Source: a virus
Lineage: Duplodnaviria; Caudoviricetes
Direction: 5' to 3' (one strand)
DNA length: 52,433 nt
IMG/VR virus record: IMGVR_UViG_3300027749_000146
Location: 1 to 52,433 of that record
Below the pieces are notes generated by a model that saw nothing but the letters and a program-made list of their open reading frames with translations, had not been told where the DNA came from and did no database searches. A program made the position numbers and the translations under genes. Positions 1 to 10,902 of this stretch are shown one piece after another. Position 1 is the first letter of the stretch. Every line of letters begins with the position of its first letter.

Positions 1-632
1 CCGTTCCACTTGTTCCTGAAGAACCATCCGTACCACTTGTTCCTGAACTACCATCTGTACCACTTGTGCCTGAACTACCATCCGTACCACTAGTACCAGA
101 ACTACCATCCGTTCCACTTGTTCCTGAAGAACCATCCGTACCACTTGTTCCTGAACTACCATCTGTACCACTTGTGCCTGAACTGCCATCTGTTCCATTA
201 GATCCAGAAGTTCCTGAAGAGCCATCTGTTCCGCTAGTACCAGAACTACCATCCGTTCCACTTGTTCCTGAAGAACCATCCGTACCACTTGTTCCTGAAC
301 TACCATCTGTACCACTTGTGCCTGAACTACCATCCGTACCACTAGTACCAGAACTACCATCCGTTCCACTTGTTCCTGATGAACCATCCGTACCACTTGT
401 TCCTGAACTACCATCTGTACCACTTGTGCCTGAACTACCATCTGTTCCATTAGATCCAGAAGTTCCTGAAGAGCCATCTGTTCCACTTGTGCCGGAAGAA
501 CCATCTGTTCCGCTAGTACCAGAACTACCATCCGTTCCACTTGTTCCTGAACTACCATCTGTACCACTCGTACCTGAACTACCATCTGTTCCACTAGTAC
601 CTGATGACCCAGAACTTCCACTAGAACCTGCA
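1..632 (-). repeat. Coding tandem repeat, 27-bp unit (GTDGSSGTS) with 108-bp and 252-bp higher-order periods
   Basis: ccgttccacttgttcctga recurs at 1, 109, 253 and 361. The block 1-232 is almost identical to 253-484. Confidence 0.9.
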
Positions 633-1501
633 GTTCCTCCAGTTATCGTCACCGTTATATTACCACCACCATCATCAGCAACCGATGCTCCGTTGAAGGT
701 TATTCCCGTAACACTCGTTACAGTTGTCGTTCCATCTCCAACGCTTAAAGGACTTCCTCCTCCTGAAGTAAAACCTGTTATGTTTACTGAACTACCATCA
801 CTATTATTTAATGTTAAAGTTTGAGTTCCACTACTATAGGTTCCTCCCGTTACAGTTCCCGTAAATCCTGTAATGGTTATTGTACCTCCAGTATTATTAT
901 ATAAATCTAATGTTGTAATTCCTGAATAATATGTTCCTCCCGTAATTTGAACATCAGTTCCCCAAAATATTCTCCAACGAGCATCATCTCTTGTTGTACC
1001 ACTAACACCCTCAATAGTAGATCCTGTCCATGCATCCATAAACGCTTGTCCCGCAGCGCTGTTATTTGCTATTTGATATCCAGTTCCCGCTTGAGGTATA
1101 ATATCACCAGCGGCATCTGCCGCATCCCATAAAATTGTATAGTCAGGTATTGTATATTGATAAACAGTATCTGTTTCTTGTACATATGCCTGCATACCCA
1201 CTCTTCTTCTACCTGAAGAAATCCCATCATTTTTAAGATTTACGAAGTTAAGAACTGGTGGATAATCATATCCACCACAATAAAAACTAATAGGAATAAC
1301 GTTTCCTGAGTAAAACACATCCCCTCCTCCGTCATAAACGTCTTGTGGTATCACCCAATTTAAGTCAGCAAGGTTCCACACTTCCATGTATCCTCCAATA
1401 CTATTTACACTAAAAAGTACACCCTGATCATTTTCTCTTTCTACCGAAAAAGGTCCCGCGATTATTGTACCTGATGTAGGATTTACATATTTAAAACTCA
1501 T
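2..1501 (-). CDS. Collagen-like (Gly-X-Y, Ser/Thr-rich) fibre protein, runs off the window start
   Basis: Missing from the ORF track because it has no stop in the window. ATG at 1499-1501, manual translation MSFKYVNPTSGTIIAGPFSVEREND...SSGRRRVGMQAYVQETDTVYQY...VTITGGTAGSSGSSGSSGTS(GTDGSSGTS)n, open to the edge. Same strand as all neighbours. Confidence 0.85.
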   Translation of the reverse strand, partial: MSFKYVNPTSGTIIAGPFSVERENDQGVLFSVNSIGGYMEVWNLADLNWVIPQDVYDGGGDVFYSGNVIPISFYCGGYDYPPVLNFVNLKNDGISSGRRRVGMQAYVQETDTVYQYTIPDYTILWDAADAAGDIIPQAGTGYQIANNSAAGQAFMDAWTGSTIEGVSGTTRDDARWRIFWGTDVQITGGTYYSGITTLDLYNNTGGTITITGFTGTVTGGTYSSGTQTLTLNNSDGSSVNITGFTSGGGSPLSVGDGTTTVTSVTGITFNGASVADDGGGNITVTITGGTAGSSGSSGSSGTSGTDGSSGTSGTDGSSGTSGTDGSSGTSGTDGSSGTSGTDGSSGTSGSNGTDGSSGTSGTDGSSGTSGTDGSSGTSGTDGSSGTSGTDGSSGTSGTDGSSGTSGTDGSSGTSGTDGSSGTSGTDGSSGTSGSNGTDGSSGTSGTDGSSGTSGTDGSSGTSGTDGSSGTSGTDGSSGTSGTDGSSGTSGTDGSSGTSGT

Positions 1502-1532
1502 TTTTTCTTAATTATTACGTATTTTTTATTCA

Positions 1533-3299
1533 TCATACTAATGTTCCTCCTTGGAAATAATTTGGTAATAACCCTGTGGACAATCTAAAATCAGTACTTG
1601 CATATGAAGTATACATTTTATATGTTCCCGCCGGTATATTTGTACTTCCAGAATAATTTATTATTAAACTATTATATCCTGTATTCATTGTTCTTGGAAG
1701 CATTCCTCCAGATGATACACCATTTTTAACGGTCGAGTATTTTTGACCATTTGTTGAACCTATTGATGCAAATACTGTAACCCAATTGCCTGTTGTTGCA
1801 GTAAATGCCCCTGAAGGTATTTGAACTGTTTGGAAGGTATAGGCAATAATCGGATTACCCCATACATCATTTCCTCCAGATGTTGTAGATACTGGTGACT
1901 GAATAATTGCGGGTTCATCCCCACTCGCAAGATTTCCTGTCCATCCCGGATAAGCCAAATACGCATTCATTTGTGCGTCAAATGTTGCCTGAACTAACGA
2001 AGGACCCGTACCTGAATTCCATCCTTTCCAAGTACTACCTTGAGATGTCATCCAACTATTTAAATTAGCTCTAGGAATCGCACTATTTGTATCAATAAAC
2101 AAATAATCCATTAATCCAGGTTGTGTTGGAGTTGGTGTTGGTGTTGTAGTATTGGTTGGAGTTTGTGTTGGTGTTTCAGTATTGGTTGGTGTAATCGTAT
2201 TTGTAGGTGTTTGAGTATTGGTAGGAGTATTCGTTGGTGTTTCAGTATTGGTAGGAGTATTGGTTGGAGTTTCAGTATTCGTCGGCGTCATAGTATTAGT
2301 CGGCGTCATAGTATTCGTCGGCGTCATAGTATTAGTCGGAGTTGCAGTATTTGTTGGAGTATTTGTCGGAGTTTCAGTATTTGTAGGTGTTTGAGTATTG
2401 GTAGGTGTATTAGTTGGTGTTTCAGTATTTGTCGGTGTTGTAGTATTGGTTGGTGTTGTAGTATTGGTTGGTGTAATAGTATTTGTTGGTGTTTGAGTAT
2501 TGGTAGGAGTGTTAGTTGGAGTTTCAGTATTAGTTGGAGTAACGGTTTGAGTTGGAGTTTCAGTATTGGTTGGCGTTGGTGTAGATGTAGGAGTATCAGT
2601 AATTGTTGGCGTAGGTGTTTGAGTAGGTGTATCAGTTATTGTTGGAGTAGGAGTCTGAGTCGGTGTATCAGTAATTGTTGGTGTAGGAGTCTGAGTTGGC
2701 GTTTCAGTATTAGTAGGTGTTTGGGTTGGTGTCTCAGTATTAGTAGGAGTATTGGTTGGAGTCTGTGTAGGCGTTTCAGTATTGGTAGGAGTCATTGTTG
2801 GAGTTAATCCCATTGTTACCGTTGGCGTAGGTGTTTGAGTCGGAGTTCCAGTATTAGTAGGAGTATTAGTCGGAGTTTCGGTATTGGTAGGTGTATTAGT
2901 ATTTGTTGGAGTTTGTGTATTGGTAGGAGTCTGTGTATTAGTAGGAGTATTGGTAGGAGTCTGTGTTGGCGTTTCAGTATTAGTAGGTGTATTAGTTGGA
3001 GTCGCAGTATTAGTTGGAGTTTGTGTTGGAGTTGTAATTGCAGGAGTACCACTAGGTGTCGGAGTTGGTGTTGGAGTTGTACATTCTAAATTAATAACAA
3101 CGCCATAAAGCATTTCATTTCTTGTCTGAGCAGAATAATAAATTACGCTATTAACATAAACATTAAAAGGGCCTAAAGCATTAGAATTTGACGCTAATCT
3201 AACAATATATGATGTGCAACCAGTTACAGTTTCCTGCTGTTCAATAGTTGCGGAACAACCAGGTGCATTATTTGTGACAAGAATAGTATATGTGGACAT
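1533..3299 (-). CDS. Thr/Pro-rich mucin-like stalk protein with globular ends (putative virion fibre)
   Basis: About 320 aa of [10 protein letters not shown] repeats between a Cys-containing N-domain and a roughly 190-aa C-domain. Start placed at ATG 3299 (MSTYT), downstream of the TATTTAT motif. Confidence 0.75.
   Translation of the reverse strand: MSTYTILVTNNAPGCSATIEQQETVTGCTSYIVRLASNSNALGPFNVYVNSVIYYSAQTRNEMLYGVVINLECTTPTPTPTPSGTPAITTPTQTPTNTATPTNTPTNTETPTQTPTNTPTNTQTPTNTQTPTNTNTPTNTETPTNTPTNTGTPTQTPTPTVTMGLTPTMTPTNTETPTQTPTNTPTNTETPTQTPTNTETPTQTPTPTITDTPTQTPTPTITDTPTQTPTPTITDTPTSTPTPTNTETPTQTVTPTNTETPTNTPTNTQTPTNTITPTNTTTPTNTTTPTNTETPTNTPTNTQTPTNTETPTNTPTNTATPTNTMTPTNTMTPTNTMTPTNTETPTNTPTNTETPTNTPTNTQTPTNTITPTNTETPTQTPTNTTTPTPTPTQPGLMDYLFIDTNSAIPRANLNSWMTSQGSTWKGWNSGTGPSLVQATFDAQMNAYLAYPGWTGNLASGDEPAIIQSPVSTTSGGNDVWGNPIIAYTFQTVQIPSGAFTATTGNWVTVFASIGSTNGQKYSTVKNGVSSGGMLPRTMNTGYNSLIINYSGSTNIPAGTYKMYTSYASTDFRLSTGLLPNYFQGGTLV
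2122..3081 (-). repeat. Degenerate 12/18-bp coding repeats ([22 protein letters not shown])
   Basis: Visible in both DNA and translation; wobble positions are diverged. Confidence 0.9.
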
Positions 3300-3428
3300 C
3301 CGCAGTTTTTTATAAATAAATACCACAGTTATTCCATTTCAAAAAGAACAAAAAGATTTTTTTGATTATTATAAGGAACTAATCAATTAATAATTCCGTA
3401 TTTTTATTTAAATGTGGATTTGTTGAAG

Positions 3429-3737
3429 TTAGGATTGTTGATTAATCGTGATATTAACCACGCATGACGCCAATTCAATAGTTATTTGGAAGGTACATCC
3501 AAAAGTACATTGTAGCACTTTAAATGTCTGACAACCATTATCATCAATTAAAGTTAATAAAATTTCAGGTGCCGTTTCAAATATCGCAGGTATTGTAGTA
3601 TTATACTCAACAACAGGAGGTACTGTAGGTCCTGAAATAGTCCCAAGAAATGTTATATTATTCCCATAAATGTCCGACATATAAACATTTATTGGAAAAG
3701 TTCCCCCTGATATTTCTGTAATTCTTACTTGGTTCAT
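3429..3737 (-). CDS. Small beta-rich hypothetical structural protein resembling one degenerate SprB-like unit
   Basis: ISGGTFP...LTLIDDNGC motif. ATGA overlap with the upstream stop (3734-3737) favours the start MNQVRI. Confidence 0.65.
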   Translation of the reverse strand: MNQVRITEISGGTFPINVYMSDIYGNNITFLGTISGPTVPPVVEYNTTIPAIFETAPEILLTLIDDNGCQTFKVLQCTFGCTFQITIELASCVVNITINQQS

Positions 3738-5872
3738 GATAAACACGTTATGTCATAATTTATTATCAAGTCAATAACCATCTGTTGTCCATCTAATGAT
3801 ATATTAGCCGGATCAGTACTTATCGTTATCTGATTACTTAATGGATCAACGATAACATTTCCTACGCCAGGAACTGCCAATAATAAAGTTTTAATTGTAT
3901 CGTACCATAAATTATCTGATGGTGCCTGAACTAATGATGTCGAGGTAAAGAAGGTATCACTTGTCGTCCATCCAGACGGTGTTACAGAGACTTGTGCAAC
4001 AAAATCAGCACTAACCAAGCTACAACTCGTATTACCTGTAGTTAGGTCATAAAACCCTTCATTTAACATCTGTAGTAATCCATTCTTTGTTGGCGATTCA
4101 AGTTGGAATATTTCTTCCCCCATAACATAAGTTTGATATGACACATAATTACTATTACAATTAATAGTAGTACTTCGACTTAACACACAACTAGTACTAT
4201 CAATAATACTTAAACTATATGTTCCCGCAGTTAAACCCGTTAATTGTATTTGTTGTGGATTTCCAGGCACATTAGATGACCAGTTAAATGTATAAGGAGC
4301 AGTACCCGAATTTATAAATGCGGTTATTGATCCATCACTTCCTCCACCACATGATGTACTATATAATGAGAAATTTAAAGGCTGGCTATAAGGAACAAAA
4401 ACATTAGAACTTTGAGAACATCCTGTAGCGTCAGTCACAACAACATTATGTGTTCCACCCGCAATATTTGTGAAAGTTACTCCAGTTAAATTAGTATCAA
4501 TAATATTATTTAATCCATCAACAGAGTAATCTAACGGTAAAGTATATCCTGTTGTAGTTTGAACTACAATAGTACCATTTTTCTGATTACATGAAGTTGT
4601 AGTACCTGTTAAAGCAATTGTAAACTTATTCTCTGTAACTAAAGTAATTTCTTGTATTGTAGAACATCCTGAATTATCTGAAACGGCAACAGTATAAGTT
4701 CCCGAATCAAGACCTGTGAAAATGTGTGTTGTCTGCGAATTAGTCACATTTACCTGATTTGAGTTTGGATAAATTAAGGTATATGTATAAGGAACAGTTC
4801 CACCAACAACTGACACCGATATTTGCCCATCAACACTCGAACAAGTCGAATTTTGTCCTTGCATACTAACGGAAGTAATACCCTGAGGAGCAACTAAACT
4901 TGTTCCAACTTGTAATTGACATAATCCCGCATCGGTAACAACAAAATTATATTGTCCCGCAGATAATCCTGACACTGTGAAAGTTGTTGAGTACGAAACT
5001 AAAACATTTCCTGAAGACGCCGAATAATAATAAGGAGCAGTTCCACCTGTAATCGTTAGACTTAAAACCCCATCAGACGCAAAACAAGTAGGTGGTGTCG
5101 CAGTAAATAATCCAAACCCAATTGGTGACACATCCACCACAGTTGCCGTTTGAGATTTCATACACCCATAATAATCAGTGACAGTAACACTATAAACGCC
5201 AGCCGTTAATCCTGTTATAGCACTTGTTGTCTGTCCATTACTCCAAAAATAAGTATAGGGAGAGGTTCCTGTTGCTCCAGTAACCACAACCTTACCAATA
5301 GGTGTTCCCCCACAACTTGAATTTGGTACCGTCCATAACCCAAAATCAAAATCTTGAGAGTTTTCAATAATAAAACTTTGGCTTTGCCCTGTACATCCCC
5401 CATAATCTCTACCATCCAAATAGTAAGTCCCACCGCTTAAGTCGGCAAAAACAATTGTTCCATTGTTTGTTGTTGCAGATTTAACAAAAATATTATCAGT
5501 AGTATAAAGATAATAAGTTGTTGATGAATTCATTGATGTAGATGAACCAGTTACAGATCCATTATCTAACCCACAGGTAGTACTTTGAACACTATTAACC
5601 GAAATACAAACTCCATTAGATACCGGAATATTAATATAAAATTCACTATTAATCGGTAATGTAGAATCATTCACCCTAACACCATAAACATTACTGTATA
5701 ATCCCGTTTTTAATGTAGGCTCATCAACGACAACATCATCAGGTGGTAAATATGGACTTATCCATTCAGCAGTGTATGGAGGCGTTCCACCATATAAATA
5801 AAGCGAAATTATTCCAGACCCTGTATTTGTACAATCACCTGTTACTGATATATTATAATTAAATGCCGACAT
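3734..5872 (-). CDS. SprB-repeat adhesin-like protein
   Basis: About 7 units of C-x3-DG-x-I...GGT-x-PY-x-Y-x-W...L-x-AG-x-Y-x-V-x-VTD-x-x-GC, matching the SprB repeat of Bacteroidota adhesins. No signal peptide seen. Confidence 0.8.
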   Translation of the reverse strand: MSAFNYNISVTGDCTNTGSGIISLYLYGGTPPYTAEWISPYLPPDDVVVDEPTLKTGLYSNVYGVRVNDSTLPINSEFYINIPVSNGVCISVNSVQSTTCGLDNGSVTGSSTSMNSSTTYYLYTTDNIFVKSATTNNGTIVFADLSGGTYYLDGRDYGGCTGQSQSFIIENSQDFDFGLWTVPNSSCGGTPIGKVVVTGATGTSPYTYFWSNGQTTSAITGLTAGVYSVTVTDYYGCMKSQTATVVDVSPIGFGLFTATPPTCFASDGVLSLTITGGTAPYYYSASSGNVLVSYSTTFTVSGLSAGQYNFVVTDAGLCQLQVGTSLVAPQGITSVSMQGQNSTCSSVDGQISVSVVGGTVPYTYTLIYPNSNQVNVTNSQTTHIFTGLDSGTYTVAVSDNSGCSTIQEITLVTENKFTIALTGTTTSCNQKNGTIVVQTTTGYTLPLDYSVDGLNNIIDTNLTGVTFTNIAGGTHNVVVTDATGCSQSSNVFVPYSQPLNFSLYSTSCGGGSDGSITAFINSGTAPYTFNWSSNVPGNPQQIQLTGLTAGTYSLSIIDSTSCVLSRSTTINCNSNYVSYQTYVMGEEIFQLESPTKNGLLQMLNEGFYDLTTGNTSCSLVSADFVAQVSVTPSGWTTSDTFFTSTSLVQAPSDNLWYDTIKTLLLAVPGVGNVIVDPLSNQITISTDPANISLDGQQMVIDLIINYDITCLS

Positions 5873-8859
5873 TAACTATTATTACAATTTATGCTTATGT
5901 TTATCCCCACATTCAATGAAAGTGATTTATTAATATCTCTTTCAGTACATGTTAAGTTAGTAATTGTAAGGATATTACCATTCAAGAAATAAGTATACCC
6001 ATAATCATATATTTCTGGTAGATATTCTATAACAGCATTTCTCCATGTTCGATTAGTAGGTACATCAGTATAACCATATCCACTATAGAAAGTTTGTTGA
6101 ATTAAAATCTCATTATCAATTCTTAAGTCCACAAACCAACTAGTCTGTACAGAACTTTTCACACAATCATTTAATGTTAGACCACTTTCCGCCAACATTA
6201 AATTAACTCTATTAGTAAGAATTGCATTAAAATTACTTACATCAATATCACCATTTAACCACGGATAGATATTAAACTCAGTATATTCAGTACTACAGTT
6301 ATAATCAAAAATATTTGAAATAATATAACACGGATCAATTGGTACTGGTATAAATTGACATCCTCTCTGTCTTCTATAAACAAACTTTTGTTTTTGGAAT
6401 ATTGAGTTCTCCATCCTAACACCTGTATTCCAAATAGTCGTTGCCGGAACCATTTGTTCAACAAGTTTCATCCAATATGGACCGATACCATCAACATAAT
6501 CAATTAATTTTTGATAGGTATATTTGTTATTTGGAATTCCAACTGTTTGTTCCGATTCAATATATTTCCAAAAAATAGATTGTAATGTTGGATATCCTCC
6601 AGTTTTACCATCAGTAATATATTGTCTATTTCTAACATTAATCATATTTTGCCAGAAAGTTTGAGAAAATTCAAAGAAAGTCTTTTTCTTTGGATTAGGC
6701 TTAATGAATGTCCAATCAACACCTCCAGGTACTGGATATCCAACTGTTAGTCCTGATTCAGGAATTGGATAGTCATATGTTCTTGATTCATCCCAAACAT
6801 CATAAAGTAGTCCTTGTGACGGATTTAGAAAAATATCCACCTCTTTTGAGTTAATAACCAAATTCTCATTATCAACATAATAATAAGCATTATAATCTCC
6901 CTCTACAGATACTCGTATTCTATTATCTTCTTGTAACCAAGATTTATTATTATCAACAGTTTGACTTAACTTAAACCCTTCATTCATATATGGGAAATCC
7001 CTAAACCTATCAAGATATAATTGTCCATAAGTAAAAGGTTGCAATTGAGTCTGAATATTATAATTCTGTCCTGTATAAACTTGTCCAGTTATTACCACTT
7101 GATCAGGACTTCTATGTGAAGGTGTTGATTCATACCATCCCGCTCCCAATTGGAAGAAATATGTTTCTGTATTAACAGGAGCTTTAGGATATCCCAAAGC
7201 GTCCATTGGATAATCGGCAAGTAGTATATTGGCGTTGGTATAAGTATTTGTGGAAGTAAATGCAGTATAAACTTGTCCCTTTATCTTATATGTTGATCCA
7301 GGCAGATAAGATGGAGTATGCTCAACATAAGTACCACCTGAAATAGTCGCCCATTGAGTATAGAATTGATCCAAGTTAATTCGTTGATCCGCAAGATAAA
7401 TGTATTCATTAAATTCTACCAATGAATCTGGCGCTCCAATCAACCTCATCATAAATTCAATAGATCTTCTTGTACCTTTAGATTTGAAAAGATACGATGC
7501 GTTCAATATCAAACTTCTATAAAAAGAATAGTTTAATTCTGTAGGTGTCATCGCCCTTGCATATCCAGGATATGTCGGTGTTGATGTATTTCCAAACACA
7601 GAACTTAAAAAATCATCATTTGTTATTGGAGAAAAATTTGATGACCACCCTAATGTTTGGGCTAAATTAACCAAAAGTTCTGATGGTATGTCATTTGACG
7701 GATTATAATTTACCGAATTCATGTATGCCAACCCATCTATAAATTGTTTTATCTCATCAAAGCTTCTTCCATAAATTTGAAATATCTTTTCAACTTTCTG
7801 TCCTAAGGTATCAAACTCTTTTAACGAATCTGTAACTAAAAATCGAGAAATTAAATTGGTCTTAAATGAATCCAAATTTATTGCGAGTTCTTCTAACCTA
7901 GTAAGATAATCGTCAAATAAATAAGAACTAATATCCAAGTTCCACGCCCCATTCTTAGGCCAAGTAACCTGTTGATAGTCAGTATAAAATTGTCCCGTCT
8001 CATTTTGTTGTGGTACTTGAAATATTGCGGTATATGGTGGACGAATTAATCTGTTGGTTAAGAATTTTTCAACCTCATCAAAAGTTTCTGCGAAAACCCT
8101 ATCCACAACAAAATCATTTGGTCTTATTTGGAATTGTTCATTTGTTGTTGTGGCAGTTACACCAAAAGGTGCACCAGAAACATAAAATGAAATATACCCA
8201 CTACTTAGTGTATCTGATGGTTGAAAAGAAACAACCTTATAAATGTTATCATTAATACTAACACAATAACTTAAAAAGGTATTATATAAATTTCTATATG
8301 GAGAAACCGTAATTTCTCGTAAATTCAAATTTGTCGCAGCACTTACAGAATAATCAATATCAAACGGATTGTTAATTCTATCAACATTTACCTTAAAATA
8401 AGTTTCATCTGATTGTTGGTCATATACAATATCATAAGCAGTATTTGCCGTCAGATATTCAAAGTTTGAGAACATGATATCTAACGATGCCGGGAAATAA
8501 TTAATAATATTGGTTACTGAAACACTAAATCTTTTACTCAAAGACCCATACATTGAAAAATTTAAAACTTCAGAAACATCATAATTAGGATAAACCCTAA
8601 ATTGAGTCGCCTGAATTCTTCTACTTTCCGTTAGATCTTGAATATTTAAAGAATCCAAACTAATTGGATCTGAGAATGCACCGACATTAAATGTCCTATC
8701 CACCTTTTCAGTAACAGATGTTGTAAATTCAAAATTACCTTGCGTTAACCCTCCTCCTTGAACTGTTTGTAACCCTACAATATTATCAGAAAAAGTTGCA
8801 GCGCCACTTCCAGGTCTAGGTGGATAGTAATATTTAGTCGTGTTTTGTGTTACCGCCAT
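5872..8859 (-). CDS. Baseplate wedge protein, P2 gpI / T4 gp7-like core with large extensions
   Basis: ELLVNLAQTLGW...YRSLILNASYLFKSKGTRRSIEFMMRLIG (KGT motif); lies downstream of gp25/gp6; TAATG coupling. Confidence 0.6.
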   Translation of the reverse strand: MAVTQNTTKYYYPPRPGSGAATFSDNIVGLQTVQGGGLTQGNFEFTTSVTEKVDRTFNVGAFSDPISLDSLNIQDLTESRRIQATQFRVYPNYDVSEVLNFSMYGSLSKRFSVSVTNIINYFPASLDIMFSNFEYLTANTAYDIVYDQQSDETYFKVNVDRINNPFDIDYSVSAATNLNLREITVSPYRNLYNTFLSYCVSINDNIYKVVSFQPSDTLSSGYISFYVSGAPFGVTATTTNEQFQIRPNDFVVDRVFAETFDEVEKFLTNRLIRPPYTAIFQVPQQNETGQFYTDYQQVTWPKNGAWNLDISSYLFDDYLTRLEELAINLDSFKTNLISRFLVTDSLKEFDTLGQKVEKIFQIYGRSFDEIKQFIDGLAYMNSVNYNPSNDIPSELLVNLAQTLGWSSNFSPITNDDFLSSVFGNTSTPTYPGYARAMTPTELNYSFYRSLILNASYLFKSKGTRRSIEFMMRLIGAPDSLVEFNEYIYLADQRINLDQFYTQWATISGGTYVEHTPSYLPGSTYKIKGQVYTAFTSTNTYTNANILLADYPMDALGYPKAPVNTETYFFQLGAGWYESTPSHRSPDQVVITGQVYTGQNYNIQTQLQPFTYGQLYLDRFRDFPYMNEGFKLSQTVDNNKSWLQEDNRIRVSVEGDYNAYYYVDNENLVINSKEVDIFLNPSQGLLYDVWDESRTYDYPIPESGLTVGYPVPGGVDWTFIKPNPKKKTFFEFSQTFWQNMINVRNRQYITDGKTGGYPTLQSIFWKYIESEQTVGIPNNKYTYQKLIDYVDGIGPYWMKLVEQMVPATTIWNTGVRMENSIFQKQKFVYRRQRGCQFIPVPIDPCYIISNIFDYNCSTEYTEFNIYPWLNGDIDVSNFNAILTNRVNLMLAESGLTLNDCVKSSVQTSWFVDLRIDNEILIQQTFYSGYGYTDVPTNRTWRNAVIEYLPEIYDYGYTYFLNGNILTITNLTCTERDINKSLSLNVGINISINCNNS

Positions 8860-9767
8860 TAGCTACTTATGTTTGTAAAGTTTTTACTAAAATCAATATT
8901 ATTACCTCTACTTTGTCTAACCTCATATAACAATGCGTTATATTGGTCTCTAATTTCATATAAGTTATATTGTCTGTAAATGTTGTTGTTCGCGTCATAG
9001 ATGGTATAAATTCCATCATCAATAGATTTGGTCTGATTACCATAAAGAGCAATTGCCAAGGATGAAACATCGTATTCAACCATTTCAATATCCAAGGTTA
9101 TTGGATTAAAGAAAGTATTTGTTATTATAATATCTTGATTGGGCTGTCCAATATATGGAGTAGCATTAGGATTATTCGTTGGTGACGATGATGGTGAGAG
9201 AGTTAAGAAAATTAAATTCGAATCACCTGTAACATATCTATATCTTATCGCCTTTTGTGTTGTGTTAACCTCGTTTGTAACAACTGGCTCACAAAAGAAA
9301 CAAGATGTAACAACTCTAAAGAAGTTAGGTATCTTAGATCCATCAGGATTCAAATATTCAATTCTAAATCCTACCAATCCTTGTGACACAAATTTATTCT
9401 GAAATTGTGTTGGAACATTTGTGATATCAATCACAATTCCTTTAACATTAGGTAATGCACTGAGCACTCCACAATCCGTAATCACAGTTCTAATTTGTGC
9501 TGGTCTTAAATATAAAGTATAAAATCCCAATGCATTAAATTGACTTGCAGGTAATGTTAAATTATATAATCCTCCTAATACCTCAACACCCGCATTTCCT
9601 CCTGTTTGAGAATTAGCAAAATAAGGTCTTAATAAAGTTTGTGCGTCCAATGTTGTAAGGACAAATTGATCCGTAACATCCCTGGTGGGAGTATAATTCA
9701 TAATGATGTCGACATCCGCAGGACTTACGTCTGAAGGTCTTATAGTTCCATAACTAGCAATCGCCAT
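8859..9767 (-). CDS. Hypothetical virion structural protein (302 aa)
   Basis: Clean ORF in the baseplate cluster with an upstream TATTTAT motif; family not recognised. Confidence 0.6.
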   Translation of the reverse strand: MAIASYGTIRPSDVSPADVDIIMNYTPTRDVTDQFVLTTLDAQTLLRPYFANSQTGGNAGVEVLGGLYNLTLPASQFNALGFYTLYLRPAQIRTVITDCGVLSALPNVKGIVIDITNVPTQFQNKFVSQGLVGFRIEYLNPDGSKIPNFFRVVTSCFFCEPVVTNEVNTTQKAIRYRYVTGDSNLIFLTLSPSSSPTNNPNATPYIGQPNQDIIITNTFFNPITLDIEMVEYDVSSLAIALYGNQTKSIDDGIYTIYDANNNIYRQYNLYEIRDQYNALLYEVRQSRGNNIDFSKNFTNISS

Positions 9768-9807
9768 TTTTCTTTTATTTTATAAATAGTTTAGTTCTCT
9801 TTTTCAA

Positions 9808-10902
9808 TTACACTTTATCCCGAATAACAACATTAAAAAAACCATAGCCGTAGTTTATCATATCCCCAAGGTTGTCTACCTCCCCAAGTCGTTGTACTCT
9901 TTCATAAGCACTATTCTTACCTCTTTCAACAAAAACATCTGTTTGTATCTGTGGTTGGTCAACCGCTTTCAATAAAACTTCATTCTTTGTTATTGGGTAT
10001 GCCACTAAATTTTCCGATGTTAACCCTGAAGATTGCTCAAAGAAAATAGTTGTACCATCTGAATAATCATAATAATATATTCCAGTTATTGTATATGCCG
10101 TGTACACAGTATTATAATCAGTTATAGATCCCCATATCTGTCCATAACTTATTATAGGTAAATTAAGTCTTTGATCTAATGTCAAATTACCATATGGTTT
10201 TAACTCATTAATTCTTGATTTAGTAATCCCTGAAATTGTAAATGGAACAGAGACGTAATTGTTTGAAGTCTGAGCAGATACCACATTGACAGCATCTCCT
10301 GAAAATATATAATCATAAGAAACAGGAGTTCCGATCCAATTGCCATAAGATGGTGCGAAGTATGCCTCCCCTGTTGGATTATAAATCGTTACATTCTCAT
10401 ATGGTGTTGAAATTGTTTTTGAAACTTTTGTTACTCCCCAAGGATTAGTCTGTTCTAAGGTTATTGTATAAGTGTTTACCTCGGCAGCATATGTGTGCAT
10501 TATAGAATTTGGTGAGTAAGTCGTAATTGATTGTTTTGGACTTCCGTCACCCCAATCAATAATATATGCCGATAGATCTAAAAACTTTTGAAATTCATCA
10601 GAGGTGTTATAAACATAATAGTTATATGGACTACCTGTTGTTGCGGAGAATAAAAAGTTCGCAACAACATTTTTTTGTAATACTGCCCCATCAAAAGGAC
10701 TATAATACCCTGCGTCAACGGCACTCTGTCTAAACAAAATTGGTATTGTTAATCCCGATAATAAGGAACTACCATTTGGTCCTGAACTAACAACCTGTGT
10801 CATTGCCGAATAAACCCCCACAGGTGTTCCACTGTAATTAATAACCGATAAGTCTCCCTTAATCGTTTCAGGTGAAATTATAATGTTATAATAGTCTTGC
10901 AT
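9808..10902 (-). CDS. Structural protein with a PKD-like domain
   Basis: YIIDWGDGS...HTY...YTITL is a PKD-type signature. Confidence 0.6.
   Translation of the reverse strand: MQDYYNIIISPETIKGDLSVINYSGTPVGVYSAMTQVVSSGPNGSSLLSGLTIPILFRQSAVDAGYYSPFDGAVLQKNVVANFLFSATTGSPYNYYVYNTSDEFQKFLDLSAYIIDWGDGSPKQSITTYSPNSIMHTYAAEVNTYTITLEQTNPWGVTKVSKTISTPYENVTIYNPTGEAYFAPSYGNWIGTPVSYDYIFSGDAVNVVSAQTSNNYVSVPFTISGITKSRINELKPYGNLTLDQRLNLPIISYGQIWGSITDYNTVYTAYTITGIYYYDYSDGTTIFFEQSSGLTSENLVAYPITKNEVLLKAVDQPQIQTDVFVERGKNSAYERVQRLGEVDNLGDMINYGYGFFNVVIRDKV

Noticed and set aside
1-632. Possible CRISPR array
   Set aside because: Repeats are contiguous, in multiples of 3, with no unique spacers and no cas genes.
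66-824. Plus-strand 252-aa (PELPSVPLV)n ORF
   Set aside because: Antisense shadow of the minus-strand Gly-X-Y gene, which has a proper ATG, a unique N-domain and the same orientation as its neighbours.
2121-3108. Plus-strand ORFs rich in Cys/Trp/Ser or Val/Gly
   Set aside because: Shadow frames of the Thr/Pro repeat; they are open only because the repeat lacks stops.
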